DNA of 64,000 bases. Origin: Leptonemataceae bacterium. GTDB lineage: Bacteria; Spirochaetota; Leptospiria; Leptospirales; Leptonemataceae. A program made the translations under genes and the position numbers. Location of the stretch: NCBI GenBank assembly GCA_965227295.1, contig OZ245742.1, positions 768,001-832,000 of the forward strand. Reading direction: 5' to 3'. This document shows, piece after piece, positions 28,772-38,699 of this stretch. The notes under the pieces are model-generated. The model saw only the letters and a list, made by a program, of their open reading frames with translations, was not told the DNA's origin and searched no databases. Every line of letters begins with the position of its first letter. Positions within the stretch are counted from its first letter, which is position 1.

Positions 28772-29212
28772 ATGATCCTCAAGCTGATCTTTCTCGCTCA
28801 TCTCGGAGCGACGATCTACATGACCGGACTCATCTGGTTCGTGCAGTTGGTCCACTATCCCCTCTTCGCCCACGTCGGCACCGATGGTTTCGTGCGCTAC
28901 GAGGCACTGCACACACGATGGACCACGCTCGCCGTCGGCCCCATGTTCTTTGAAGCATTGACTCTACCGGTGCTGTTTTTGTACGCACCCGTGGCTCAGT
29001 TCAACGTAGCGGTCTGGATCGCCGCGGCCCTGGTGCTGATCAACTTCGCGTCGACGGCGTTGCTACAGGTGCCGCAACACACCAGGCTGACCCAGGGCTT
29101 CGATGCCGCGGCGCACCGATTTCTGGTGCGAAGCAACTGGATTCGGACCAGCGCCTGGTCGTTGCGGAGCGGGATTTTGCTGGCGCTGCTCTGGGCGATG
29201 CTACCGGGATGA
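28772..29212 (+). CDS. Conserved 4-TM membrane protein
   Basis: GLIWFVQLVHYPLF, QVPQH, NWIRT. Confidence 0.8.
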   Translation: MILKLIFLAHLGATIYMTGLIWFVQLVHYPLFAHVGTDGFVRYEALHTRWTTLAVGPMFFEALTLPVLFLYAPVAQFNVAVWIAAALVLINFASTALLQVPQHTRLTQGFDAAAHRFLVRSNWIRTSAWSLRSGILLALLWAMLPG

Positions 29213-29256
29213 TTTCTTGTTCAAAATATGCCCGAGGTGATAAGGTAATATTTTTT

Positions 29257-29372
29257 TTGGGCGCGTCGCCTGCGGCGACCGCGCTGCTCCGGGCTCGCTG
29301 TTCGCTCGTTCCTGCGTTCGCTTCGCTCGCTACGGAATTGCGCTTGCGCGCAACCCTCCGCATCGCTCGCGC
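29257..29372 (-). repeat. Multi-hairpin dispersed repeat, copy 5
   Basis: TTGGGCG...CTCCGGGCTC...ACCCTCCGCATC on the + strand. Confidence 0.75.
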
Positions 29373-29530
29373 GAAGAAACGAACTCAAACATCGCCCACC
29401 AACTCACCAACCACGAAACCCCTCCCACTCTTCCCTCGGCGCCTCGGTGTAAATCTTCCTCTTCGACCTCGTACACGAAAAACCCGGGACGCCTTGCGAC
29501 GCCCCGGGAGCTACGTGACAGACTTCCGAC

Positions 29531-29722
29531 TTACGCCGTGAAGTCGACGGAGTGGCCGGATTCGGGGTTTTGTACCTTTGCTTCGACGTTGACTTTCAGA
29601 AGCTTCGAATCCATGGACTGGCCGGCATCGACGATTTTTTGATTCAGCTGATTGAGCTGATCCACCGATCGTGAGACCTGGGCCATTGCCTGGCCGGCGT
29701 TGAATGCCGATCCTACTTGCAT
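29531..29722 (-). CDS. Small protein, YjfB/motility-protein-like
   Basis: 63 aa ending GHSVDFTA; followed by a CCCGGG hairpin and T-run (about 29478-29508). Confidence 0.6.
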   Translation of the reverse strand: MQVGSAFNAGQAMAQVSRSVDQLNQLNQKIVDAGQSMDSKLLKVNVEAKVQNPESGHSVDFTA

Positions 29723-29862
29723 ACTTCTACCCCCGGAGTGTAGTGTTATCAGATACGGAATTCCGGGGGCTCAACCTTAGGCCGGAGGAGCGGTTTTTTC
29801 GTGGATAACCGGGCGAAATCCGGCTTTACAGCGGTCCAATCAGGAGCAGACTCCCATTCAAC

Positions 29863-30814
29863 CATGCTCGGTTCCGCTCATCGCTCGCCGGCCCCGTTCC
29901 CGTGGTTCCTGCTTGCCCTGCTCCCGGCCGCGGTCCTGCTTTCCGGCTGCGCCCTTTTGCCGAACGCCTGCCTGCTCAACAGCTGTCCGTGTCGGAGTTC
30001 CTACACCATCTACGAACCGGAGAATCCGACGCGCATCGTCGTCCGGCAGTCGCCGGGCTACGACAAACTCTTCGACTCCTGCTCGTGCCGCAAACGCCTG
30101 CAGCCCTACGGGGCCCGGGTCGCCCTCATCTACAACAGCGATCTTACGAACGAATGCCGGCCCATGGCCGCTCTGGAAGCCGGCATCTACGAACCGGTGG
30201 AGGGCCATGAGGCCCGCAACATTCTGCGCAACGCCGCCGGCCAACTCGGCGCCAACGCCGTGGTCCTCGACAGCTTCGAACCGGGCCTGGGCGTCACCGG
30301 GCGCGCCCTGCACTGCTCCGATGATTTTCTCACGAAGTTCGGTTACGGAACCATCCGCCGCAAAGAGCCCGGGCCTAAAAAGAAAGACGAACCGGACGAG
30401 CCGCAGACCAAACTCGCCTGGCAACGTTGTTCCTACGGCCAGGGCGCCGCCCGCGAAACCTGCACGGGCGACGCCCTGAGCAGCACATACATCGAAGCCC
30501 GCAGGTACTGCGAGAACCTCGACGCCGACGGTCGCACCTGGCGCCTGCCCGCCGTCGAAGAACTGCGCCGCCTCCTGGACGCGAAACAGCCGGACACCGC
30601 GGCGCAAATCGATCCGCAACGCTTTCCGAATACGCGACGCCACGTCTACTGGACCGCCACGCCGTACCGCAAGGAACCGAACACCATGTGGGTCGTTGAC
30701 TTCGAGACCGGCGAGGCCTACGGCTACGCCGACGACAATCCCGGCTTCGTGCGCTGTGTTTCCGAGGAAAAACCGGACGACGGTCCGGGCCGCGGCGTGG
30801 CGAAGCGACCTTAA
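29863..30814 (+). CDS. Lipoprotein with C-terminal DUF1566 (Lcl) domain
   Basis: LSGC lipobox; LAWQRC, WRLPAVEEL, YWTAT, VRCV. Confidence 0.85.
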
Positions 30815-30855
30815 CGCGTATCGCAACTTACGGAACGCAGAACTGAAAGTCTAAG

Positions 30856-31992
30856 CTACCGAAGCAGCCCGCGCACTTCGGCCAGCAGCGCCTGCGTATA
30901 CTGCACCCGCCCCTCGAAGTTCATGTGCGAGCCGTCGAAGTACAATTCCGCCTCGCTCTCGAAGACTTCCGGCGCGAGCCGCACATACTTCACGTTTTCG
31001 TATTGATCCGCCGCCTCACGAAACACCGCGCGCACGTGCTCCTCAAAGCCCGCGTCACGTTCCGGAAAGAGCAGAATGTTCGGCGTCTCCAGCAACACGA
31101 ACGTCGTCTGTGGATGCTGCTGCGCAAGCGCGATGATGCGGCCGAACTCCGCCACGTCTCCGGCACTAATCTTCTCCGGCGAGTACTTAGCGTACTGCTC
31201 GCGCCAGAGTTGCAGGCGCGGGTCTTCGCCGGGGACCGTTGCCGGAGCCTCTTCTGCGTTCGGCCCGTCTCCGACATCGTCCTCGCCGTCATCCGCCGGC
31301 GTCCCGGGCGCGCCGCTTGCGTCGACCGGCGCGCCGCCGCCCGCCGGGGTTCCGCCTAAATCGAAGATCGGCGTATCATCCTGCGACTCCCACTCAACGC
31401 CGAAGACCTTCGCGATCTGTTTACCGATGGCCCCCGCACGATTATAGATCCGCGCGCCGATGAAGTAGCTCACGCCGTTCAGGCTGCACGTGCGAAAGAT
31501 ACGTTCTACGTATAAATCCCGGGCGGCCATTTTTTCCGCCAGGTACTCGCGCAGTATGCCTTTGTGATAGTAACCGATCAACGGCCGGAAGGCCCCGGCA
31601 GGATAACGCTCCGCATGAAACGAGTACTTATCCGTTTCCAGAATGATCAGCGCGGGCGGTGACTCGCCGTGGCGTTCGAAGTATTCCTCAACCAGGTGCC
31701 GGCGTATTTCCATGTTGCCGCCGGGCACGCTGAGCATCGCAAACTCACGGCCGGTGGCCTGGCTCAGAAATTTCACGTCGATGTCCCAGAAGACGTGCGA
31801 CGAGCCCACAACCACGGCGTCGCTGCGTTCTTCAATCGCGCCGAGTTTGTGCAGATCGTTGAACCACGGATACACCGCGAAGTAAATCAAGGCGTCCATG
31901 AGAAAGACGCTCACGAGAAAGATCAACGCGCGCAGCGCAAAGCGCGGCCAGGGCGTCGCCTTAGAACTGGAAGTAGATGAAACTCTGTCCAT
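30856..31992 (-). CDS. SGNH-like partner of MBOAT (AlgJ/DltD-like)
   Basis: N-terminal TM, VGSSH, DGSHMN; overlaps the MBOAT gene. Confidence 0.75.
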   Translation of the reverse strand: MDRVSSTSSSKATPWPRFALRALIFLVSVFLMDALIYFAVYPWFNDLHKLGAIEERSDAVVVGSSHVFWDIDVKFLSQATGREFAMLSVPGGNMEIRRHLVEEYFERHGESPPALIILETDKYSFHAERYPAGAFRPLIGYYHKGILREYLAEKMAARDLYVERIFRTCSLNGVSYFIGARIYNRAGAIGKQIAKVFGVEWESQDDTPIFDLGGTPAGGGAPVDASGAPGTPADDGEDDVGDGPNAEEAPATVPGEDPRLQLWREQYAKYSPEKISAGDVAEFGRIIALAQQHPQTTFVLLETPNILLFPERDAGFEEHVRAVFREAADQYENVKYVRLAPEVFESEAELYFDGSHMNFEGRVQYTQALLAEVRGLLR

Positions 31993-33451
31993 AGAACGCT
32001 CCCAGTAAAAGAATCGCCGCGCACAAGAACGCGTAGTACGCGTAGTTCAAACCGAATCGCCGCATGCCCGGCAGGCCGCGCTCCACGAAAGAGCTGGCCC
32101 GCAACGCTTCGAACAGAACTAGCAGCACAATCACCACGACACCGGTTTTACGATAAAAAACCTCCAGCGGGAAAATGTGCAGCGCGACCCGGTCTTCGGC
32201 AAAAAGATGCGTGAGCACATACGCGGCGTCTTCGAAGCCCGGCGCCCGAAAGAAGACCCACGCCAGCACGGCGCAGTGAAAAACGAAAATCATCTTCAAG
32301 CAAGCAACAGCCGTCGCCGCCCGGCTGCCCTCCGCGAAGAGCGGGCCGCCGTACACGCGCACCCACAAACCGCTCGCAATCCGCTCCAGAATCAAGAGCG
32401 CGCCGTGAATACCGCCCCAGATCACGAAGTTCCAGCTTGCCCCGTGCCAGAGCCCGCTCACGACGAACACGATCATTAAGTTTACATAAACGCGCATTAG
32501 TCCGGCCCGGGAACCGCCCAGAGGAATGTAGAGGTAGTCCCGAAACCAGGTGGACAGCGAAATGTGCCAGCGCCGCCAGAAGTCCGCGAAGCCCGTGCTG
32601 AAGTACGGCGTGCGAAAGTTCGTCATAAGCCGCACGCCGAGAACGCGAGCCGCGCCGATGGCAATGTCCGAGTAACCGGAGAAGTCGCAATAAATCTGAA
32701 ACGCGAAGAAGTAGGTCGCAACGATCAGCGGCCAGCCGGAAAACTCGCCGGCGTTGTTGTAGACCGGATCCACGTACATCGCCAGACGATCGGCCACCAC
32801 GAGTTTCTTGAAGAAACCCCACAGCATCAGCTTGAGTCCGCTCACGGCCTCGTCGCGGTCGAAGAACCGCCGGGCCTGCAATTGCGGAATGAGATTCGCC
32901 GGGCGTTCGATGGGCCCGGCCACAAGCTGCGGAAAAAACATGACGAACAGCGCGAGCATCTGCGGATCCTGCTCGGCATGCTGATCGCCGCGATAGACTT
33001 CGATCAAATAACCGGCGGACTGGAACGTATGGAACGACAACCCGATCGGCAGAATTAACTGCAGCGCCCAGGGTTCCACGGCGACACCGAAGAACTGCGC
33101 TACGGCGTCCACGTTTTCGTTGAAGAAGTTGAAGTATTTAAAGACAAACAGCACGCCGAAGTTCGCGATCAACGAAAGCACCAGTACAATGCGCGCGTTC
33201 TTCTTGCTGATGCCCGCGGCCGCCACGCCGTCGACGGCCGGGCCGGCGTGGCGGCGTTCCAGGTACAGCGCGGCCGCGTAATCCACGGCGATGGTCGCGA
33301 GCAAAATGAAAATGTAGTACCACACGAAGAACATGTAGAACACGCAGCTCGCGATCAAGAGCAACGTCTTCCGCCAGGCGTGGGGAATCGAGAAGTGCAG
33401 CAGGACGACGGCGGGGAAGAAGATCAGAAAGTGCCAGGAGTTGAATAGCAT
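31961..33451 (-). CDS. MBOAT O-acyltransferase (AlgI-like)
   Basis: MLFNS, LPIGLSFHTFQ, QIYCDFSGYSDIAIG, FWRRWHISLS, SGLWHGA. Confidence 0.95.
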   Translation of the reverse strand: MLFNSWHFLIFFPAVVLLHFSIPHAWRKTLLLIASCVFYMFFVWYYIFILLATIAVDYAAALYLERRHAGPAVDGVAAAGISKKNARIVLVLSLIANFGVLFVFKYFNFFNENVDAVAQFFGVAVEPWALQLILPIGLSFHTFQSAGYLIEVYRGDQHAEQDPQMLALFVMFFPQLVAGPIERPANLIPQLQARRFFDRDEAVSGLKLMLWGFFKKLVVADRLAMYVDPVYNNAGEFSGWPLIVATYFFAFQIYCDFSGYSDIAIGAARVLGVRLMTNFRTPYFSTGFADFWRRWHISLSTWFRDYLYIPLGGSRAGLMRVYVNLMIVFVVSGLWHGASWNFVIWGGIHGALLILERIASGLWVRVYGGPLFAEGSRAATAVACLKMIFVFHCAVLAWVFFRAPGFEDAAYVLTHLFAEDRVALHIFPLEVFYRKTGVVVIVLLVLFEALRASSFVERGLPGMRRFGLNYAYYAFLCAAILLLGAFYGQSFIYFQF

Positions 33452-33598
33452 GGTGCCGGTCGAGAACTCAGGGAACTATAGATCCGGGACGGGGAGCGAA
33501 AGCAACAGGAAAAGCGCGGCGATTTCACGACGGGAAAAACCCCTGCACAGCCGCGGAATCGATTGACCGATCCAGGCGCGCCGTGCAAAGAAGGGCAT

Positions 33599-34948
33599 AT
33601 GATGCAACCAGCGAGCCTCCGCCGCGAACGCGCCCCGTGGTACGAAATCCTCGGATTCGCCATCTTCGACTTCGCGAACTCCGCGTACACCACCGTAATC
33701 ATCACCGTCGTTTATTCCGTCGTCTACCCCAAGTACATCGTCCAGGACCTGCAGTACGGCAACTTCATGTGGTCCGTCGCCCTGGCCATTAGCTACTGCT
33801 TCGTCGTGATTACGGCCCCCATCTTCGGTGCGATCATGGACTTTTCCGGCTCCAAGAAAAAGTTTCTGCTTGTCACGTATCTCATCACGGTCGTAGCGTC
33901 GGCGGCACTGTTCTTCGTCGCCCCGGGCGCGCTCTTCCTCGGCGCATTGTTCATCGGCATCTCCAACTTCGGTTTCGCCAGCGGGGAGAACATCGTCTCG
34001 GCCTTCCTGCCGGAACTCGGCCCGCCGGAGTCCCTGGGAAAAATCTCCGGCTACGCCTGGGGCCTGGGGTACTTCGGCGGCATCGCCTCGACGCTGCTCG
34101 TGATGGGCGTCACCGGCAGCCCCGGCGAAGGCGACTTCTACGAAAGCGGCAAACAATGGATCGGCCCCATCACCGGCATCTTTTTTCTCATCGCCGGCAT
34201 CCCCACGTTCCTTCTAATGAAAGAACGTGCCGTTAAGCACAGCCTCCCGGCCGGCGAGTCTTACGTCAGCATCGGCTTCAAGCGGCTCAGCAAAACGGTC
34301 TCCGAACTCGGCGCGTTCAAAGATCTCATAATCTTTCTGGTTTCGTACTTCTTCGCGTACTCCGGCCTGGCCATCGTCATCAGCTTCGCGTTCATCTACG
34401 GCGACCAGGTCATCCAGTGGGACGAGGGCACTCCGGCATTGATGTTCGCGCTCACGAACATCTCCGCGGCCATCGGCGCCGTCATCTTCGGTTTCATTCA
34501 GGATCGCATCGGCGACAAACTTACGTACAACATCACCTTAGGAATCTGGGCGGTAGCCGTCTATCTCATCTACGATGCGGTAAACGTCACGCTCTGGATC
34601 AACGGCGCGCTGGGCGCCGACTACGAAACCCAGACGGTCTTTCTGTTCATCGGTTCGCTGGCGGGCCTGTGTCTCGGCGCCACACAATCGGCGTCCCGCG
34701 CGGTCACGGGGGTCTTCAGCCCCACGTCGAAGTCCGGGGAATTCTTCGGCTTCTGGGGCATCTCCACGAAACTCGCCGCGGCCATCGGCATCTTCAGCCT
34801 CGGTTTGTTGCAGTACAACGTCGGCCTGCGGAACGCCATCCTGCTCTGCGGGGCGTTCTTCCTGATCGGCCTCTTCATCAATCTCTTCACGGATGAAGAA
34901 CGCGGACGGCGTGCAGCCATCGAACACGACGAACGTCCTCCGGCGTAA
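33599..34948 (+). CDS. MFS transporter (UMF1/Atg22-like)
   Basis: FDFANSAY, ISGYAWGLGYFGG, QSASRA, EFFGFW. Confidence 0.92.
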   Translation: MMQPASLRRERAPWYEILGFAIFDFANSAYTTVIITVVYSVVYPKYIVQDLQYGNFMWSVALAISYCFVVITAPIFGAIMDFSGSKKKFLLVTYLITVVASAALFFVAPGALFLGALFIGISNFGFASGENIVSAFLPELGPPESLGKISGYAWGLGYFGGIASTLLVMGVTGSPGEGDFYESGKQWIGPITGIFFLIAGIPTFLLMKERAVKHSLPAGESYVSIGFKRLSKTVSELGAFKDLIIFLVSYFFAYSGLAIVISFAFIYGDQVIQWDEGTPALMFALTNISAAIGAVIFGFIQDRIGDKLTYNITLGIWAVAVYLIYDAVNVTLWINGALGADYETQTVFLFIGSLAGLCLGATQSASRAVTGVFSPTSKSGEFFGFWGISTKLAAAIGIFSLGLLQYNVGLRNAILLCGAFFLIGLFINLFTDEERGRRAAIEHDERPPA

Positions 34949-34957
34949 GAATTGTCC

Positions 34958-35100
34958 ACTCCGAGGACCGAGGCACCGAGGGGAAAGAAGAAGAGAAGAA
35001 AGTCTTTATTCTAAACAGCTAACGCGCGCATTCTTAGCCCGATTGCACAAAGGCTACGATTGCTCTCCCCAAAAAACCTCGGTCCCTCGGTCCTCGGAGT
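34958..35100. repeat. Element with 24-bp terminal inverted repeats made of 8-mer units
   Basis: ACTCCGAGGACCGAGGCACCGAGG versus CCTCGGTCCCTCGGTCCTCGGAGT (23/24 match). Confidence 0.7.
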
Positions 35101-36026
35101 CAAATCTTCATCTTCGCAGTTGCTTCACGATCCAAACGCAACTGCTCCACCAACTCCTCCACCGAATCGAACTTCACCTCGTCCCGCAAACGATCCCGGA
35201 AGAACACCCGCAGCTCCTGGCCGTAGAGATCCTCGTCAAAGTCCAGCAGATGCGCTTCGATGCTCAACTGCTCCTGACCGAACGTCGGATTGTAGCCGAC
35301 ATTCACCATCGTCTTGAAACGCCGGCCGCCCCACTCGGTGACGGCCGTGTAGACGCCGCGACCGGGCACGGTCTTCGTCGGCGATACGTCCAGGTTCGCG
35401 GTGGGAAAACCGAGGTCCGTGCCGCGTTGTTTGCCGCGCACCACCAGCGCGCTGATGAAAAAATCGTGGCCGAGCATGCGGTTCGCCCCGGCCACGTCGC
35501 CGTCCTCAATCCGTCGGCGAATCTTCGACGTGGACACCACCTCGCCGCGAAACTTCACCGCGCCGATCTGCTCCACGCGAAAATCGTAGCGTCGGGACAT
35601 CTTCTTTAAGAACGCATAGTCACCCTTACGCCCCCGGCCGAAGCGCTGGTCGTAACCGATGATGATGTGTTTCGCATGCAGCTTTTCGAGTAAGATTTCT
35701 TTTAAGTATCGCAGGGCGGACATTTGCGCCAGCTCGCGCGTGAACGGCAGAAAGATGACCGCGTCCAAATCGAAGCGCTGGTACAGGGCGATCTTTTCGT
35801 TGTAGGTAAACAACTCCGAACGCCCCGCATCACGTTTGCCCAGGACCAGGTCCGGATGCGGATGATACGTCACCAGGATGCGCGCGTGCGCGTCGCCACG
35901 GCTGCGCTTCTGCACCCGGGAGATCAGCGCCTGGTGACCGCGATGCATGCCGTCAAAGACGCCCAGGGTCAGCGCCGAGGACTGCCAGCCGGCCTGAAAA
36001 TCGTTGAGATCGTGAATGATGTGCAT
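35100..36026 (-). CDS. ribF: Bifunctional riboflavin kinase/FAD synthetase
   Basis: GVFDGMHRGH, VSTSKIR, LGFPTAN, EAHLLDF. Confidence 0.97.
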   Translation of the reverse strand: MHIIHDLNDFQAGWQSSALTLGVFDGMHRGHQALISRVQKRSRGDAHARILVTYHPHPDLVLGKRDAGRSELFTYNEKIALYQRFDLDAVIFLPFTRELAQMSALRYLKEILLEKLHAKHIIIGYDQRFGRGRKGDYAFLKKMSRRYDFRVEQIGAVKFRGEVVSTSKIRRRIEDGDVAGANRMLGHDFFISALVVRGKQRGTDLGFPTANLDVSPTKTVPGRGVYTAVTEWGGRRFKTMVNVGYNPTFGQEQLSIEAHLLDFDEDLYGQELRVFFRDRLRDEVKFDSVEELVEQLRLDREATAKMKI

Positions 36027-36067
36027 ACCGATACTAAGAAGGGGACCAACCCCGGAGACGCCGAACT

Positions 36068-36649
36068 ATGCCAGGACCCTTTCTCTCAGCCCCGCGCCTC
36101 ATCGTCTACTGTATGATCATCCTCAGCGCCGGTACGCTCCACGCCGACGCCGCCCTGCGCTTGCCCTACGAACACAATTTCGGCACCGATCCGCAGCATC
36201 GGGACTATCTACCGGACCGCGAAATCGAGCTGTGGGCCCGCAATCAGAACCTCATCCTCGTCCCCGATGATCCCGGCTACAATCTCCAGGACTTCGAAGC
36301 CGAGACGATCCCGCCCTACGGCAAGACCTTTGAGCTCGGCGCGCCGGGGGACGGCCGGGTCTATCTGCACCTGGACCTGGTGGCCTTTCGGCCGCTGGAA
36401 AACGGAGATATCCCGCGGGTGCGCTGGTTACAGGTCTTCGTCAACGACCACCTGCTGGCCACGCTGTACCGCGGCGGAGGCGCCTTTCTGGAATCCCCCC
36501 AGGTCATCCTGGTGGAGCGAGAGCATACGATGGACCGGCGTCTGCAGGTCTATTTGCGGCCGTCCCCGGGGGACGGCTACTTTGCCATCTGGGATGCGTA
36601 CGTGACGAAACGCGGAACGCCGACGCTCAGCCCGCCACGCGATTTTTGA
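36068..36649 (+). CDS. Hypothetical secreted protein
   Basis: Signal peptide-like N-terminus, 193 aa. Confidence 0.65.
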   Translation: MPGPFLSAPRLIVYCMIILSAGTLHADAALRLPYEHNFGTDPQHRDYLPDREIELWARNQNLILVPDDPGYNLQDFEAETIPPYGKTFELGAPGDGRVYLHLDLVAFRPLENGDIPRVRWLQVFVNDHLLATLYRGGGAFLESPQVILVEREHTMDRRLQVYLRPSPGDGYFAIWDAYVTKRGTPTLSPPRDF

Positions 36650-36962
36650 AATCTTCGGGCGAGAGGATTTCAAAGTACGAGGTGAGCCCGCTGACCTTGA
36701 AGACCTTTTCGATGGCGGGCTTCAGGTTGGCGACGCTGAGTTTGCCTTTGAGCCCCTGCACGTAGTTGAGGGCCTTTATGAGAATGCCGATGCCGCTGGA
36801 GTCGATGTACGTAAGGCGGTCCATGTCGATGATGACATCCAGGTTCTCGTCCTTCACATGTTCCTCAAGCGCGGCCTTGAGATCGAGGGATGTGTAGATG
36901 TCGAGACTGCCTTCCAGTTCGTAAATAATCTGATTTCCGTTTTTTTTGACGTTGATTTCCAT
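36627..36962 (-). CDS. STAS anti-sigma factor antagonist
   Basis: GSLDIYTS, YIDSSGIGILI, VFKVSGL. Confidence 0.9.
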   Translation of the reverse strand: MEINVKKNGNQIIYELEGSLDIYTSLDLKAALEEHVKDENLDVIIDMDRLTYIDSSGIGILIKALNYVQGLKGKLSVANLKPAIEKVFKVSGLTSYFEILSPEDFKNRVAG

Positions 36963-37165
36963 ATACAGGACGTGCAGGATGAGGAAGTGCGGGTGCTCCC
37001 GCTGCAAGGCACAGGATCGGGGGCTTCAGTCAAAATTCAATGAAAAAAAATAATGAAAATGAACCCTCCGCCCGCCGGAATTTAAGCCCCACCCGGCTCG
37101 ATTTTAGGGCGGCTTCCGCCGATATTCGCAGAGACCGTCCTTATCCTCGAAGCTGAGGCCCGGAT

Positions 37166-37951
37166 ATGAACACCATGAATTTTCGTCGAATCGCACTCAT
37201 CCTCATCGCGCTGCTGATCAGCGGCCTCTTCGGCCTCGCCGCGACACCGGAATTTTCCGGCGTAAGGAAGCCGGACCCGGACCAGCTCCGGGTCATGAAG
37301 ACGCTGAACCGCCAGATCGCCATTGAGCAAAAGGAGATCGCCGCCTATCACGAAGACCTGCAGGAACGTGAATGTACCGCCACCCACGGCGGCGAACAGA
37401 TCTTTTGCTCCTACTACCAGATCGACGAAAACGGCGAGTCGCTGATCCCGCTCAATGCCGTCATCGAGACCTATTACGGCCAACGCCAGCGCTTCGTGCG
37501 CAACGAACTGGCCAGGGTCCGCTGGGAAAACGAGAAGCCCGTCTTCTTTCAGTTCGAGGTCCGTCGCGGAGCCATCGGCAAGGGCGCCGTCCTCATCAAA
37601 CGCATCTGGGGCAATACCATCGCCGAACAGGCCGAAGCCGACGAAAACGAAGTCACCACCCAGGCGCCCCTGGACCTGGTCGTGAACGAGCTGCTTTCGT
37701 CCGGCAAGGGCGACTTTGTGAACTTCCGCTTCCCCACCGAGGAAGTGGTCCGGGACAGCGTGCAGGAAGTCGAAATCGACGGCAAGAAGACCGAAATCCA
37801 GGTCATCTACGTTCGGGATCCGGCGCAGAAAATCAACATCATGAAAGAGTATCTGCGCATGCTCCGCCTGCTGAACCGTCGCCTCGACTGGACCGTGCGT
37901 TCCAAGAATGCCCGTCAGGCCGCCGACATCGAGCGCATGCTGCGACAGTAA
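37166..37951 (+). CDS. Hypothetical exported protein
   Basis: Signal peptide, 261 aa, typical codon usage. Confidence 0.75.
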   Translation: MNTMNFRRIALILIALLISGLFGLAATPEFSGVRKPDPDQLRVMKTLNRQIAIEQKEIAAYHEDLQERECTATHGGEQIFCSYYQIDENGESLIPLNAVIETYYGQRQRFVRNELARVRWENEKPVFFQFEVRRGAIGKGAVLIKRIWGNTIAEQAEADENEVTTQAPLDLVVNELLSSGKGDFVNFRFPTEEVVRDSVQEVEIDGKKTEIQVIYVRDPAQKINIMKEYLRMLRLLNRRLDWTVRSKNARQAADIERMLRQ

Positions 37952-38009
37952 CGGCCCCGAACACATGCGAAGTGCTGGATTTCCCGGCGGGGATTTGGTA
38001 GCGTTACCT

Positions 38010-38699
38010 GTGAACGCAACCGGCGCTCAACACCAGGTCTTCGTCGATCACTACGCGAGTCTCGGCATCAGCGTCGCGGCCTCGCTGGACGAAATCAAAC
38101 GCTGCTTCCGCCGCCTGGCCAAACAACACCATCCGGACCTCACCGGCGGCGACGGCTTTCGTTTTCACGAGATCTACACCGCGTATCGCGTCCTCGCCGA
38201 TCCGCAGGCCCGGAGCCTTTATAATCGGCAATACCGCAATTATCTGCTCGGTCTGGCCCGCCGCAGTCAGGACCTGGTTCCGCGGATCCAGGTGCCTGCG
38301 ACGCGCTTGAAATTTCCGGGTGACATCAAGAGCCTGGCAAAACTCGGCCTGCTGCGCAAACGCTGGAGCAGCCGGCGCCGACACTACTTCTTGAATATCG
38401 ACTACGACATCGAAGTCCTGCTTTCCCGCCGCGAGCTCATGTCGCGCATTCGGGTGAGCGTACCGGTCATCGCGCGGAGCGTTTGCCCGGACTGCCTGGG
38501 CAGTGATCCCGACTGCTACGCCTGTTACGGTCGCGGTTCATACAAAAGCTCGCGCACGATTCACCTGGACTTCGAAGGCGGTCTCACCAACGGTCAAATC
38601 ATCGAAGTCAATTTGCGCGGCCTCAAACCGGCACCCATGAGTCATTACAAGCGCCGTCGGCTGCGTTTGAAAATCAGCGAACTGGTTAAATCTGCATGA
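38010..38699 (+). CDS. J-domain (DnaJ-like) protein with Zn-finger motifs
   Basis: DHY-x2-LG, HHPD, CPDCLGS, CYACYGRG; start uncertain. Confidence 0.85.
   Translation: MNATGAQHQVFVDHYASLGISVAASLDEIKRCFRRLAKQHHPDLTGGDGFRFHEIYTAYRVLADPQARSLYNRQYRNYLLGLARRSQDLVPRIQVPATRLKFPGDIKSLAKLGLLRKRWSSRRRHYFLNIDYDIEVLLSRRELMSRIRVSVPVIARSVCPDCLGSDPDCYACYGRGSYKSSRTIHLDFEGGLTNGQIIEVNLRGLKPAPMSHYKRRRLRLKISELVKSA

Noticed and set aside
37099-37125. Sigma28 promoter (GCCGATAT)
   Set aside because: No properly spaced TAAA -35 element
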